Of a stretch of DNA of 64,000 bases, positions 1-12,999 are shown one piece after another. The number at the start of each line of letters is the position of its first letter. Position 1 is the first letter of the stretch. The position numbers and the translations under genes were made by a program. The notes beneath the pieces were generated by a model, which did no database searches, was not told the origin of the DNA, and worked only from the letters and a program-made list of their open reading frames with translations. This stretch comes from Nemertoderma westbladi (Eukaryota; Animalia; Xenacoelomorpha). The stretch is taken from contig JAUCBJ010006747.1 in the NCBI GenBank assembly GCA_032718475.1, forward strand, positions 1,663 to 65,662. The letters are read 5' to 3'.

Positions 1-1197
1 TTTAACGCGATACAACCCCTCATCAAAGGGAAGGAGAGCGTTGTACGAAACGAGTTAAACGCTATTTTATAAAGATCAAAAAGGAAACCTGCGTTTGTTC
101 AGATAAACGTAAGTTATCACAGTGAGTCCAATCGATACACGAATTGGCCTTATCTCAATTCGATTGGGAAATCCAGAATCTCTAAGAAGTTATCGAACTT
201 GGACGATCCTATTTTCTGTGAGAGTTTTTGGATGAACGTATCCAGCTACGAGCGGAGGAAAATCAGCTCGAGGAGAAGCATATCGAAACGGCAGATACCT
301 CGACCACAATCCTACACCTTCTGATGCAATCATATTGCACCCTTCACCCAGGAGTTATGGCCCTCCTAGTAAAGTGGCTCCCCCAAAGAGAAAAAGACTC
401 TTGCTAGCCTCAAAAAACTGCGTAAACGCCGTCTGCGTAAGAAAGACTAACTGTTTAGAGTATCTTTATGTTTTAGAAACTGTGATTTTTATATTTTATA
501 GACTGAAAATCCCATTTTCTGGGAGCGGTGTAAAAGCCTTTGCTGAATTGCCCCGTTATTTTTATTATCTTTTACATTAAAATACTCTGTAGTTGATTTA
601 ATAAGTGTAAGAGACCGTATTATTGCTGTATCGGTGTTTTTAGAGGATCTAAGACCTATTTCCTCCGTATGTGTACTGTGAAAGGCATATTTTATGATTC
701 TATGGCAATTCGTGACGCAAAGGGGTGATAGCTACTCTTGAACAGTAGTTACTATGACTACGGTTAACAGCTGACATTCATACGTGTTGATTTCCTTTGT
801 TCTACGGCGTCTCTCAGTTCAGTCAGCCAATTAGAGCGTTTTTGTGGCTCCTTGTACAGAAAATTTCCGAGAAATGACGCAATGCCTATGTGCAGTGTTT
901 ACATTCAGTCCTGAGCCAAAGAAAGAACGGCTTGGAAGTATTTTGTGCTTTACTGTTTTTTAGTCTTACACTAGTAGGTTTAATTATAAAGGGCATATAT
1001 CCTTTAACCTAACGACTACTGATGACTGATCATACATCCTGACTGCTGAAACATTGCAAACTCATAACAATCAGTGTTCAGTTGTTGTTCTATACTGCTA
1101 TTTACTGTCAGTTCTTCATAATATGGTTGATGAATTATTATATTTGGAATAACGATAAATAACCCCGAAACCCAATATTCTTGATCCACTACCGAAG

Positions 1198-1851
1198 GTA
1201 AGAGAGAAAGGTTACCAATAACGATTGTGACTTATGTTAAAGTGGTTTGAAGTGAATCTAATGTTATTTGATAGACCCTACATGAGTCAGCCTGTGTTCC
1301 TTTTATATGTGACTAAAATCAGTGAAGATCGGCAGATTAGTGTGCAGTATTGTGCAGCATTGTGTATGAGTGAGTCTGTTAAAGAAGCAATTCCTAAAGA
1401 ATGCGCCATATATGTGAATTATAATTAAGCCATATCGTTGTGAGTAGTTTAAGTCATAACTCTGTTTATATAGATAAAGCGCCACGTCCTAAAGGAACTG
1501 TTAATATTCCCGAAGGTGAATAATATTGTCAGAGATTATATAATACTGTCAGTCGAATAATACATTAGGCTTACATAGCAATAAAATTAAACCGTCGAAC
1601 CCAATCTCCCGGGAATATCCAGCGGGTGAATGGTCGCGCACGGATTGGTTTCGACTAGTGTAGTGAATCAAATACTTGTCATAGACTAAAAACTGATTTA
1701 ATATCTAGAAGACATCTTAATTTGGTGGGTTAAACTGCCAAAGGTCTGAAAGCGCGAACAATCATGTAATTAGAAGCTAATTAATAAACAATTATTTAAA
1801 AGTAACAATTAAAACTGAATCTCACTTAAAAACAATTACCTCTTTCTACAG
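1198..1851 (+). other. Candidate 5' UTR intron of the F-box gene
   Basis: AAG|GTAAGA donor at 1198 and pyrimidine-rich acceptor CTCTTTCTACAG ending at 1851, 61 bp before the ATG. No transcript support. Confidence 0.4.
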
Positions 1852-1912
1852 TAGCATAACTTATCATCCCAGTAGTTTATTTAAACATATTTAAGTACCG
1901 GAAGTTATTCTC

Positions 1913-3367
1913 ATGATGGGAGATCAACATGGCCCTTCCAGAAAACAGTCTTCACTGAAGCGACATCTCCCTTGTGCATCAGATAGTGAGAGCGACAACG
2001 GCTTAGGACATAAACGTTATATCCCCGGTGGTGATAGCGAAGATGAAGTCATTGAGATCTCCAAAGAACTGCCAGATAACGAAGGGTCAACATCAACCCG
2101 ATACCCTGATTGGGCAGCACTTCCACACGAACTTATTTCTAATTTGTTCAGCTATTTACCAGAATGCGAACGGTTGTCAGCCGGCGGAACTTGTCTCAAA
2201 TGGAATGAGGCCCAGAAAGATGCGGGGCTTTGGAGAACGAGAGATATTGCCATCAGTGGAGAACGGCATCACGATAAGAAAGAGATTGAAGTATTTAGAC
2301 AATACGGAGTTCATATGGAAAAAGTTGCAATCCGTTGCTATGGGAGGCTAAGCAATAGACAACAGATGTTATGGCACCTCAGCCAATCAGTGGATCATCT
2401 TAAGGTATCCCAGCTAAAACAATTCCGTCTATGGATGGCTTCCCTCGGTATCTATGACACAACAATATCGCAGCATTTAAATGAATTCTTCCGGTCACAG
2501 AAAGAGTTAGAAGACGTGACACTAATAGATTTGCAAGTAAAGCCTTTAATTGACGGTGTTCGATTAATAGAAAGTTTGGTGAGACACAACCGCGGATCTT
2601 TAAGGAAGATCATAATCGAGGAATTAATTCATCCATCTGCCGCATCTACTGCGAGGCCCATATCATCTGCTATGGGACCGCTCACTTCATTGAAGGCGTT
2701 GACGAACCTGAATATCAATTATAACTACTTGAATCCAGATATATTAGAAAGAATTCTGACTAACAGTCCCCATCTAATATTATTGGTACTCCGCCTAGAT
2801 CTGACTAGATCTGATAATGTTTTACCTGTTGCTGATAATAACAACAGCCCGTGGAGAAAAGCCAACCCCGAGCTCTCGGTTTATATGCTGTTCTACTTCG
2901 AGACAGTTGACGTTCATTCGCTGATTCGCTTGATAAAAGGACGACCTCCTCTGACGAATTTCTATTTATTTGTACCTTGGATGGAAACAGTCGACGGCAT
3001 ATCTATACTATTCCGCTATCTAGGTGATCACATGGACCAATGTCTGAAAGAGTTGGTAATGGAGTGCGGACAGGATGAAGAAATACGTGTTGACTTCGTT
3101 TCGATGGTAAGAGATTGTAAGAAGCTAGAGAGCATCACAATTACGATGTCTCTCAAAATTGAAGTTGTAACTGATATCTGTGAGCTGAAGTTCCAGCAAG
3201 AAATTATTCCAGAATTAAAGAAGTGTCACATCGCCTTCACGGGTGTGGATAATGGGGTTGAATTGAGTATCCTGAACCGTCAATGGAATGATAAGATAAA
3301 AGCTAGCGGAGTTGATTTCCGTTTCAATAAGTTCGGAGATCCTATGGAGATGGTCACTGTCGGTTAA
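1913..3367 (+). CDS. F-box protein with C-terminal LRR-like region (FBXL/FBXO33/39-like SCF adaptor), intronless CDS
   Basis: 484-aa ORF. F-box motif WAALPHELISNLFSYLPECERLSAGGTCLKWNE...LWR, followed by LxxLxL repeats (LTSLKALTNLNINYN, CKKLESITIT). Confidence 0.85.
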   Translation: MMGDQHGPSRKQSSLKRHLPCASDSESDNGLGHKRYIPGGDSEDEVIEISKELPDNEGSTSTRYPDWAALPHELISNLFSYLPECERLSAGGTCLKWNEAQKDAGLWRTRDIAISGERHHDKKEIEVFRQYGVHMEKVAIRCYGRLSNRQQMLWHLSQSVDHLKVSQLKQFRLWMASLGIYDTTISQHLNEFFRSQKELEDVTLIDLQVKPLIDGVRLIESLVRHNRGSLRKIIIEELIHPSAASTARPISSAMGPLTSLKALTNLNINYNYLNPDILERILTNSPHLILLVLRLDLTRSDNVLPVADNNNSPWRKANPELSVYMLFYFETVDVHSLIRLIKGRPPLTNFYLFVPWMETVDGISILFRYLGDHMDQCLKELVMECGQDEEIRVDFVSMVRDCKKLESITITMSLKIEVVTDICELKFQQEIIPELKKCHIAFTGVDNGVELSILNRQWNDKIKASGVDFRFNKFGDPMEMVTVG

Positions 3368-5266
3368 TTAGAAGATACTGGAGCTGAATGTCTTGGATGG
3401 TTAAATACAAGACGCTCACTAATTCACGCTCGCCGATTAGCTAATAATTATTAATCGTGTTTATATATTGTATATTCTTACATTATTGGTAACAAGTAAC
3501 TAAAAATAGAGTCCTGCAATATTTTATATATTTATATATATATTTGATACAGCACAACCCCCCCCCCCCCCCTCCCCACACATCACACTGTTATTTTCTT
3601 CTGATTGTGCTTGGCAATTATATTAAGATGACCTTGATGAAAGTTACTCGTTTACAAAACATTGGGGTTCTAAAAACTGCTTAAATTAATAAGGTAACTA
3701 TTTCATAGCATGAATCATTTTTTTTAATGTTTGTATTAATTATGTACACTTGTACTGTACAGTCGGTCTATATTATTAGCATCAACTTTATAATGGAGAG
3801 CTTGACCTTCCTACTTGAATAATTCATAAGAAAATTTGTTGATTCTTTAATCCTAAGGCATCTAAAATTGGGATGTACCACTAAAGTTAGAGGCGGAGTA
3901 GCGTTACTATTAACTTCTAGTGCGACTTGGTGTTGTTTCAATACTCGCAGGGCAAGGGAACACGTTCGTGGGGCCTTCGCGCAGCACGAGGCCCAGTTAT
4001 TAGATACAAATTAAAATTGAGCGACTGTATCACAAAATCAGGTTTTGAGAAATTTACCCACACCACCAATCAATCAAAGAAAGGGGGACAGTACGTGTTC
4101 ACCCCTTTTAATCCCCCCCCCACCCTTCTCAACCACCAATACATAACCGCGACATCTACCACCCACGGAAGGGTAGCACGAACTTATTTCCAATCGCACG
4201 TTAAATATGCAAAGCTAGGTGGTTTATAGGAATATAATAAACGCAGTACTCGTTTTCATCATAAGCCTCTTTGCGTTCGTCCTGTTTTGTATTTAAATAT
4301 ATTTCTTAAACGCAGGCTAGGACGATCTTTATAATAATAATAACTAGGGATGCGATCAATATGTGAAGCCAGGTGGTTTATATAATAATTTAGTCAACGC
4401 AGTACTCGTCTTCATTATATGCCTCGTCGCTTGTCCGGTTTTGTCATAAAATATTTTTCCTAAACGCAGACTGACGATCTTTATACACCATGTCCCAGAA
4501 TATAGTGTCGTAATTCAGTGACACGGCCCCCCCCCCCCCTAATTTTTCTACAAAATCTTAATGAGATTGCATGAAATTTAAAACAGAGATAGTTCCACCT
4601 CCCGACCACTGAGTGGGTGAGCCAGAATTTTTATTTTTGCTTTCAATCTTTAGCTACAAGCGTTTAAAAACAGTGTCTCCGGCGATATTACACCAGTTGT
4701 ACTGCAGTTATTCTTCTACCTTATAGCAGTTTGTTGGTACCAATGGAAAGCTGACCATGCCAGGATTCCAAATATGTACAAATATTTGAATTTGGTTGGG
4801 AAATAGCTGAGATATGGGCGTTCGAAAGTTGCATGTATTTTCACCTCCAATGGGCTATTTTATTCTATTTTATAAATACACAGAATTCTGGAATATTTTA
4901 TTTATATTCAAAAAACAGCAGCGCAAGTTCTGACTATCAAGGTATACTACAGATAATTGGTTTCCTCCGTTTAACTTGCATTTGTATTACTAATGCATTA
5001 CTTATGAAATAAATAAAATATTGTTTTAGTGACTGTTTCAGTTCTAGTGACTGCGATTAGTTGTATATATGGATAAGTTCATCAATAATTTTTCATATGG
5101 ATTTAAGTTCTCAATAATTTTGCATATGGATTTAAGTTCATCAATAATATTCCTAAACAATACAATGTTAAAGTGAATTATTAATTGGAGTTCAGATCGC
5201 CAATAAGTTGATATAACGTAACAAATTTTCGTACACCATTTAAATATATTCAATTAGACATTTGCC

Positions 5267-5297
<31 letters not shown>

Positions 5298-5699
5298 TTT
5301 TTTATATGACTACTGTAATATTCTTTAATAAACGATTTCTTATATTACAACCTTTAAATATTGTATGAATTGCATTTAGTAACATAATATTTATTTAGTA
5401 GGTAGTTAATTTAGCACAAATGTTATAAAGTTATTATAAAGTTCGAATTAATGTCGGAAACCAGGGAACTTCCACGTCCTCTACATCCATCAGATGTCAG
5501 TGTCCGCATTGATTGGCCATGAGAATGGCTGCCTCTCGCGCAGCGGACTGGTCCATGGCGAGCGGTGCTTAGTTATAGAGTTAGTTATGCCAAGATAATA
5601 CTTCTGTAATAGGCTGATAGGCTGGTGTGGTGTTGGTGTGGATAGCTTATACTATTTATATTAATCTATTGTTGTTATTGGATGTTAATTGTAATTGTG

Positions 5700-6790
5700 A
5701 TTCGGTTATTGATGGGTTGTTGAACCTCGGAGACCACCTCAGAGACACATTAGGCGAGCACGGGGGAGAGCGAAGCTCATTTCCCGAACGAACCCAGTGG
5801 ACGCACTCCGAATAAGGTGTCTCGAGCTTCTCCCGACGAACCCAGCGGACGCACTCCGAATAAGGTGTCTCGAGCTTCTCCCGACGAACCCAGTGGACGC
5901 ACTCCGAATAAGGTGTCTCGAGCTTCTCCCGACGAACCCAGCGGACGCACTCCGAATAAGGTGTCTCGAGCTTCTCCCGACGAACCCAGCGGACGCACTC
6001 CAAATAAGGTGTCTCGAGCTTCTCCCGACGAACCCAGCGGACGCACTCCGAATAAGGTGTCTCGAGCTTCTCCCGACGTACCAAGCGGACGCACTCCGAA
6101 TAAGGTGTCTCGAGCTTCTCCCGACGAACCCAGCGGACGCACTCCGAATAAGGTGTCTCGCGCTTCTCCCGACGTACCCAGCGGACGCACTCCGAATAAG
6201 GTGTCTCGAGCTTCTCCCGACGTACCAAGCGGACGCACTCCGAATAAGGTGTCTCGAGCTTCTCCCGACGAACCCAGCGGACGCACTCCGAATAAGGTGT
6301 CTCGCGCTTCTCCCGACGTACCCAGCGGACGCACTCCGAATAAGGTGTCTCGCGCTTCTCCCGACGAACCCAGCGGACGCACTCCGAATAAGGTGTCTCG
6401 CGCTTCTCCCGACGAACCCAGCGGACGCACTCCAAATAAGGTGTCTCGAGCTTCTCCCGACGAACCCAGCGGACGCACTCCGAATAAGGTGTCTCGAGCT
6501 TCTCCCGACGTACCAAGCGGACGCACTCCGAATAAGGTGTCTCGAGCTTCTCCCGACGAACCCAGCGGACGCACTCCGAATAAGGTGTCTCGCGCTTCTC
6601 CCGACGTACCCAGCGGACGCACTCCGAATAAGGTGTCTCGAGCTTCTCCGACAGGAGGATACCAAGGCGCTTATTAAACTGGGACGTCGCCGTGGAGAGT
6701 CGGGGAGAAGAGAGGCGTGAAAGTGGCAAGCTCGATCTCACGTACCGCTCCTTGCAGTGGTTGCTCTTGCGGGCCTCATGGTGTAGGTGG
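5700..6790 (-). mobile_element. 3' end fragment of a CRE/R2-like (restriction-like endonuclease) non-LTR retrotransposon
   Basis: Minus-strand frames read ELATFTPLFSP..., FNKRLGILLSEKLETPYSECVRWVR and, after a frameshift, EMSFALPRARLMCL. This matches the conserved C-terminus of CRE-clade ORFs (FTPLV...KRLA..LS.K...YS....WVR.RLSFAL.R...CLRG). Confidence 0.65.
5783..6648. repeat. 48-bp tandem repeat, about 18 copies
   Basis: Unit CCGACGAACCCAGCGGACGCACTCCGAATAAGGTGTCTCGAGCTTCTC. It produces the 16-aa periodic ORFs seen in five reading frames. Confidence 0.97.
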
Positions 6791-8104
6791 GCAGACTTGA
6801 GGGTCTTAAGACTTAGACACTATATTCCAGGACATAATAAGTATGAATAATATGTGTGAAAGAGGAAAGATAAACAATTGTGAGAGTAAATTAATAATGA
6901 AAGGGGAAATATGGAATTTAATTATTTTTTTGGTTCACTCGAGTCATGCTACCCCAATATAAATATCATAAATCTATTCTGCTTCAATATCAAGAGGCCA
7001 GATCTTCCAATTATCATACAGTATGCTTGTTTGTGGTCAGGATAGGTTCACTTTTTTCGAAATGGGTTAGTAATTCATAATTTATTCAATTATGAGAATA
7101 CAACATTAATAATTGTTAATTGACATATGATATTACGGTGGCTGATTGCGGCCAAATATTTAAATTTTGTAATGTATTTCATCCGGGTAAAAAAAAGTTA
7201 TCACATCACCCATTTATGGTGAGTTATCACCCTTTATATAGCATTATAAAATCGATCAACCAAATCCACTATATCAACATACATGGCTTTCTAATAAATG
7301 ATAAAATGCAGTTTGAAATGTTGATAGACTAGCTTTCTCCCATAGAATGACGGCCTGTCCAAATTCCTATTATTGTATTAGTTTGCTAACTAACTAACTA
7401 ACTAAAACTGAGAGACAAAATCTGGGTCGCTTTGCCCTCACAACCTTAATGATGACCGGTCCCCGGTCCTAGACTTCAATCAGCCCGACCCACAGTCACT
7501 AGCCTTGCCGGTCTAGCTACGCCTTCCTTTAGCCCTGCATGCTAAAGCGAGCTGTTACCGTAACTGCGTAATAAAACATCAAACAGTCAGATAGTCTCGA
7601 AGAAACAAAGAATTGGTTGAGATTTATTACATTGTAGTGAATATAATTAACAATCAGAATAAATCAAGAATCAGTCCAAGCAATAATCAATTGCAAAGTC
7701 ATATTTTTAGCAGAAAAGCAGCAAATTTAAAGTCCAACGGAAGTGCAAATTCAACAAATTCAAGATGGCTAACACAAAACTAACAAGAATGACGCAATGT
7801 CTATTATTCTCACATGATCGGTCAGATCCAGGGTTCTCCCAGCTGGGCTCTTGACCAACCAGTGAGCAGAAATGCATAATCGCCCTAAATTAATTTGATC
7901 ACTTTCGGTTTGGTCAGGGGTAGTCAAGACGTCCTCTTCTGTCTCTATGATCTCATTGCAAAGTTGGATCACTAAATTGCAAGTGTCAGGGTCTGTACTT
8001 GTCGGACCTTTTCGTTCTAATAGAGTTTTCGGGGAAGGCCCGGTACAGAACCATCCCACTCTCGTCCGACAGGCGTAGGCTGACATTGTTTCCGGATGTC
8101 TGGG

Positions 8105-8567
8105 TCATTTCCCCAGAATTTCTAAGGCCTCGGGTACATTTTGGCCTATCAACATCTGTACGCCTGGGTAGTCTGGGGTGAAACGGGGAATATTATGATT
8201 ACATACAAGGGCGTCATCATCCCAGTCGTAGGCCTTGGCTTGACTTTTGGCAAAATTCCTGATGACAACCATTTTGATGTTAGAGATCCTATCCCGGCCA
8301 CTGGTATCTTGCGGGGTGGACAGGGTCGCCTCATAATATTTTGTCTCAATGGTAGATTGCCAACGTTTCATTATCCCAGATAATGTTAGTTTCATGTTCC
8401 CTGGCGAACAAGGATTCGGCTAACTCTGCGTCTATGAACGTGCCCGTACTTCCTGTGTCCATTAAGGCATTTACCACAACGCTACTACTGTACTTCCCGG
8501 ACTCTCTGACTTTCTGACTCTCTGACTCCGGCATCCTAAAATGACCGGGTGTTGGGATTGTTCTCAA
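8105..8567 (-). pseudogene. BEL/Pao aspartic protease, frameshifted
   Basis: VNALMDTGSTGTFIDAELAESL (DTG catalytic motif), continuing in another frame to VQMLIGQNVP. Confidence 0.75.
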
Positions 8568-9327
8568 TTTTGAGACAATCTTCTGCTACGGGTTCCTCAT
8601 AGGTAAAGGCTTCATACACACGGACATGGTTACAGCATTCATCGTCGTCGGTAAACTCTCCAGGGTAGAATGCATCCGGTCCTTCATCGGATGAGTCTGT
8701 CTCACAATCGGTGAAGTGTACACGTTGGTCTATCTCTCCCTTTGGGGCCTGGTCTAGGTGAAGCAAAGGGTGATGGGAGCCCTGACACACCAGACACGTT
8801 TTTACGTTTATTAGTCTACACTTACGTCGCAAATGTACCGGTCTAAGACACAAGAAGCATGTCGACAAGTCAAAAGTCATCTGTCGTCTCTCCTTTAGTG
8901 TATTTTTTAAGAGGGCGTTGCATTTCGCAAGTGGATCTATTTTACAAAGCCCAGGGCACTTAAGTTTGGTGGTGACGCTTGTCATTGTATTATAGGTCTT
9001 TGTGGTCGTCTTACGGTTATCCACATATGCTTTCTTGGGGGTGCTATTAGCCTTGGGAGGAGGTGTCATCCTATTTGGTTTGCCTTGGCCGCTGTAATTA
9101 TTCTCACCTCTGGAGTTTATGTCACCGTAATATATGCTTTCGCATCCCTCTGTGTCTGAACCAGAGTGATCAGAGAGACACTCTTCATAGTTGGTGACAT
9201 AAGCGTATCGCTTCTTGGTTGCTGTCTTGTCAGTGTTTTTTGTGTCCGAATGGGTGCTTCTTTCCCGGTTCACTGTGATAAGATACGTGGAGGTCTCAGC
9301 CTTCAGGAAACCTCTAAACGAGTCCAT
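8536..9327 (-). pseudogene. BEL/Pao Gag C-terminal fragment (zinc knuckles)
   Basis: CFLCLRPVHLRRKC...CLVCQGSHHPLLH, the CCHC array characteristic of BEL/Pao Gag. Confidence 0.8.
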
Positions 9328-12295
9328 ATTGGGGAAACATCCATGTTTAAGTTTGTAATTGTAAGTGTATCAATCCCATCTGGTCCCAGTGGAGCCCTTT
9401 GGAAGCGCACTGGAAACGAACTGTACTGTCATGGTTGTATCGTACACTTGTTTCTGTCCTAGCCAATCAAGCTGGCGACAAATTTCCTCTACTTCATCTT
9501 TGAACTCTTTCAATCCCGTTTTGAGTGGATCTATTTTTAGAGATTAATCTGTCATACATGTTGCGTGCCAAGCTTTCTTCATTGCCACACTGCTCCTTTA
9601 GAGTATCCCTAAACAGTATTGATGCCGTCTACATGATGCCATCTGTTTAGGGGGTCCTTCCAGGCAACATTATTAAATATATAAGCTTCTCACGTTCACT
9701 CAATGGCGATTCTAGAATACTGTCTTTGCAGAACTCTGCAAAGGGTAACCATTTCAGTTCGTCGCCATCAAACTTTAAAATTTGACATGAGGAGACGCAC
9801 TGTCAGGCTTCGTTTCTAGCCATATGTCTGGTGAGGTCGGTTTGGACTGCCGAAGAATTTAATAAAAGGTCGGTTAGATATGAACTTTGGTCATTCTGAT
9901 GTACTGTATTCTTGGCATGAATACCACTCACATCAGAGGCACGTTTTAAAATTTGTACACCCTACAACGCAGCGTGTGAGTCGACTTTCTTATTGGTCAA
10001 GGCAAGATGGTCTTGTATCAAGGCCATTTGTTGCTCTAAGTCATCAGTTCTTTGTAATAAAGAATTGTTTTTTTGTGATAAGGAATCATTTCTTTGTAAT
10101 AGAGAATCAATGATTTTATTTATTAATCAAGCACATTAAGTAAAAACCTTACCGGGAGGTATGTCAGTGCCAAAGTATGTAAAAAACTAAAAAGCAACAA
10201 GACCTAGATGTTGCATGCAATCAGTGATCAGCTGACAGCAGCCAGCTGATTGGTAGGTTTCGCCCCGCAACTGAAGGCATTCTCAGGAGGCCAAGCCTGG
10301 AAATGTAGAGAGAGTTTCCCAAAGGGGGACGGAACAGGTAACGAAATGAAGATATGTCTGTACTGTAACTAACCACTGGGAAGCAGCACTGTAAACTTGC
10401 GCCAGTCACGTTTCTGCTTGTTGATAATCGGCTTGCGTGTTTGGATGTAATACATTTCGAGCTTTTGCAAGACTGGCCGCAATTGTGTCTAGCAATTACA
10501 CTGAAATGATTAAACAATTCACGCCAGTAAGTAAGCCAACGTGTATTGGGCTCGCCGCGGTGCGTCATGATGTGGTTGTGCAGTCTTACCCTGTTCGCTC
10601 CCATCATTGGCTGTCCCATCCTGGTGCTGTCTAAGGCGTTTAAACAAGTGTTGGATGGTGTGTCCAATATATTCCCCCTTACAAGAGGGACAAGAGAAAA
10701 AGTAAACGACGTTAGACGCAAGGATTTCCGAGATGGGAATTACTGGCGCAGTTTAGATGTTGTAAAAACAAACCGAACTGGCTGTGTGCAAGACCTGGGT
10801 ATAAGACCACGTAACTTTCGAACAAACAGATCAGTTGCCCGACCTCGGTACTCGAACTTACAGATAATAGGCTTGGAATCATCACTGACATACCTACCGG
10901 TAAGGTTTTTTCTAACGGAGGTGCATAGGCCTCTGGAGGTGAACGAGGGTCACCTTGGGGGAATGCTTTTCCTGGGATGTGGCTTCATCTGACTCCACTT
11001 CTGGGGTAGGCTTCCCCTTGCAAGTTAGGGGGGACTGACATCCGTCCGCCGGATGATAACAGCGTTCCTGGTCCCGGATGCCGTGTCCCCACTGGCGCCG
11101 ACGCTGTTGCGGCTAAGTGGGCCGATCCGGGCGCCAGGTGCCTATCATCCAGTTGGTTTTGACAGTTGTAATATATCGTCGAGTGGGGATTCATTTCATC
11201 CCTCGATGTCCAATTATTATTGTTTCCTCCTTCGTTACCATGTGGTAACGCATGTGATACCTTGGAATTTTTCCCAAGCTGGTGATTGGGGATATTCCAG
11301 TGCCGAATGACATCCTATCGTCCTTTGTCCTGGCTAAGGTACTAGACAGGTAGTTAGGTCTGGGGCGTTCTAGACAAGCTGTACGAAAGATATTATGGGA
11401 GTTTGGGACTTCATTGGGTATTTCTTTAGTTACAATTGGTGCCCCTAGTGGTGGTACAACATCTCTATTGCGGAAGGGGGTTGCTGTCATGGTCGGGTAT
11501 GGAACTACTACTGGATCGATCGGCTCGGCTGATGTACCGCGCAATGGGGCTGCAACCAACTGAGGTGGTTCCCGTTCCCGTGGATCTATATAGATCTCGA
11601 ACCCGGGATCGTTTGGCTCAACTTCCTCCTGTAACCTACCCAGGGGGGGCCGCGAATCCAGCGTTCTTGGATGATCTAAATCCGTCTGCTTTGGGGGTAT
11701 CCTGTTTCTATTATATGGAGGCAGGTCCGGCAGTGCCACTCTAACAGCTCTCTTTTGTCTGCCTCGAGAGTGGCTACCACTTTCACTAGCGTCGGTGGAG
11801 TTTCCTTCATCCGACGAAGCATAAGTCCCTTTATTTGGCCCGTCTTGTCCTTTATTAAAACCTAACTTCTCTTTGCGCCGATTTTCGCTTATTCTTTTTA
11901 GCGCTATTTGGTCTCGCAAAGCTAATTTCTGCTGGTCAGCTTCCAACTGCAATCTAGCTGTTTCCTTAACCGTTTCCAACTGTAGTTTATTACGTCACTG
12001 ATTTGCGTTTAACTGCAACTCCATTACCAAGATTTCCTTATCCGCCGTACGCCCTTCTGCTTGTGCTTGCCCATCACGCTCGGCTTCTATTCCTTCTAGA
12101 ACTGCCATTGATTCAGGGCTAGAGGGGGCTAAACCCTTTAACCTCCTACGCAGTTTTGCCTCTCCTACTATGGATATATAGGGCTGTAGGTAACGTGATA
12201 TCGCATCCATGTCCTCACCTTCTCCAGAATCCTCTGAGTCTGTGCGCAGATTGCTTGGTGCTATGGTTCCGGAACAGACTATGTCCACACCCGGG

Positions 12296-12999
12296 CATCA
12301 ATGTTTATTGTTTATTTAAAAAAATTTTGTAAAATACATCGTTTGCCAGTTGGGCCTAGTTTATTTAATACTGGGTTAATTTTTCGTTTGAGTTTTTATA
12401 TTGTATTTCTTTGTATTTCTGCAGCCGTTGGCGGTGGTGGTGGTGCGGCTGCACCGGCAGCTTCTGCGTCCAACACCATGATGAATTTTGTGATGCCGGG
12501 AGCTGGGGGTAGAAAGCAACCTCAACAATCGAACCATGAGAAGGATTATGGATGTTGAAATGCGTTACAAATTCAAGTACCGGTACACTCTGGGGCGACG
12601 AAGTAAGCGGACTTAGCATACGGGTCCCGCTGTTTCAACATTTGTCTGTCTGTCCATAACTGTCGGGTCGGTCAGTCTAAGTCTAACCTATCTGTCAACA
12701 AATCTTTGAAGACTAATAACTCAAGTCAATTTTTGATCAAATTAAACCAAACTGGGTAGGCCTATACAATATGTAGTCTATCGAAAGTCTGAAATATAAA
12801 TTGCGTGGGAGGACTCAGCAGTTCTCCAGTCACCCGCTTGAGGGCCACTAGATAACGGTTGAAATAGTGGAACCCTGTATGATAAGGCTCCCACGAAGGT
12901 GTACTGTACATCACAGGCTATTGTTACAGTAGTTGTTGCATGTTTTTATCGGATACTGTAGGCATACCTTGTCTGCAGTAAGTTGTTATTTTAATATTA
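12296..12999 (+). pseudogene. Orphan duplicate of the last exon and flanks of the Shisa-like gene
   Basis: Colinear with 53086-53869. Keeps the acceptor (exon starts 12425) and the stop at 12558, but has lost most of the PQQYPP tract and the PPAY motif. Confidence 0.9.

Larger units (their letters stand above)
4490..6835. mobile_element. Possible non-autonomous TIR DNA transposon enclosing the CRE-like fragment
   Basis: ATGTCCCAGAATATAGTGTC (4490-4509) is an inverted match to GACACTATATTCCAGGACAT (6816-6835) at 18/20 positions. TSD not clearly resolved. Confidence 0.35.
7400..12295 (-). mobile_element. Degenerate, internally deleted BEL/Pao LTR retrotransposon
   Basis: Gag motif LKFDGDELKWLPF near 9740-9780, BEL zinc knuckles, aspartic protease, and an integrase-tail-like DHVRIIDI near 7800. 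No RT or RNase H motif seen. Boundaries approximate. Confidence 0.75.

Noticed and set aside
1-580. Possible 3' end of a LINE at the window start
   Set aside because: Coding-like composition, but multiple stops and no motif I can identify with confidence.
5656-6741. Long repeat-protein ORFs in five frames
   Set aside because: Artefact of a 48-bp unit that lacks stops in most frames. Only one frame matches the retrotransposon protein.
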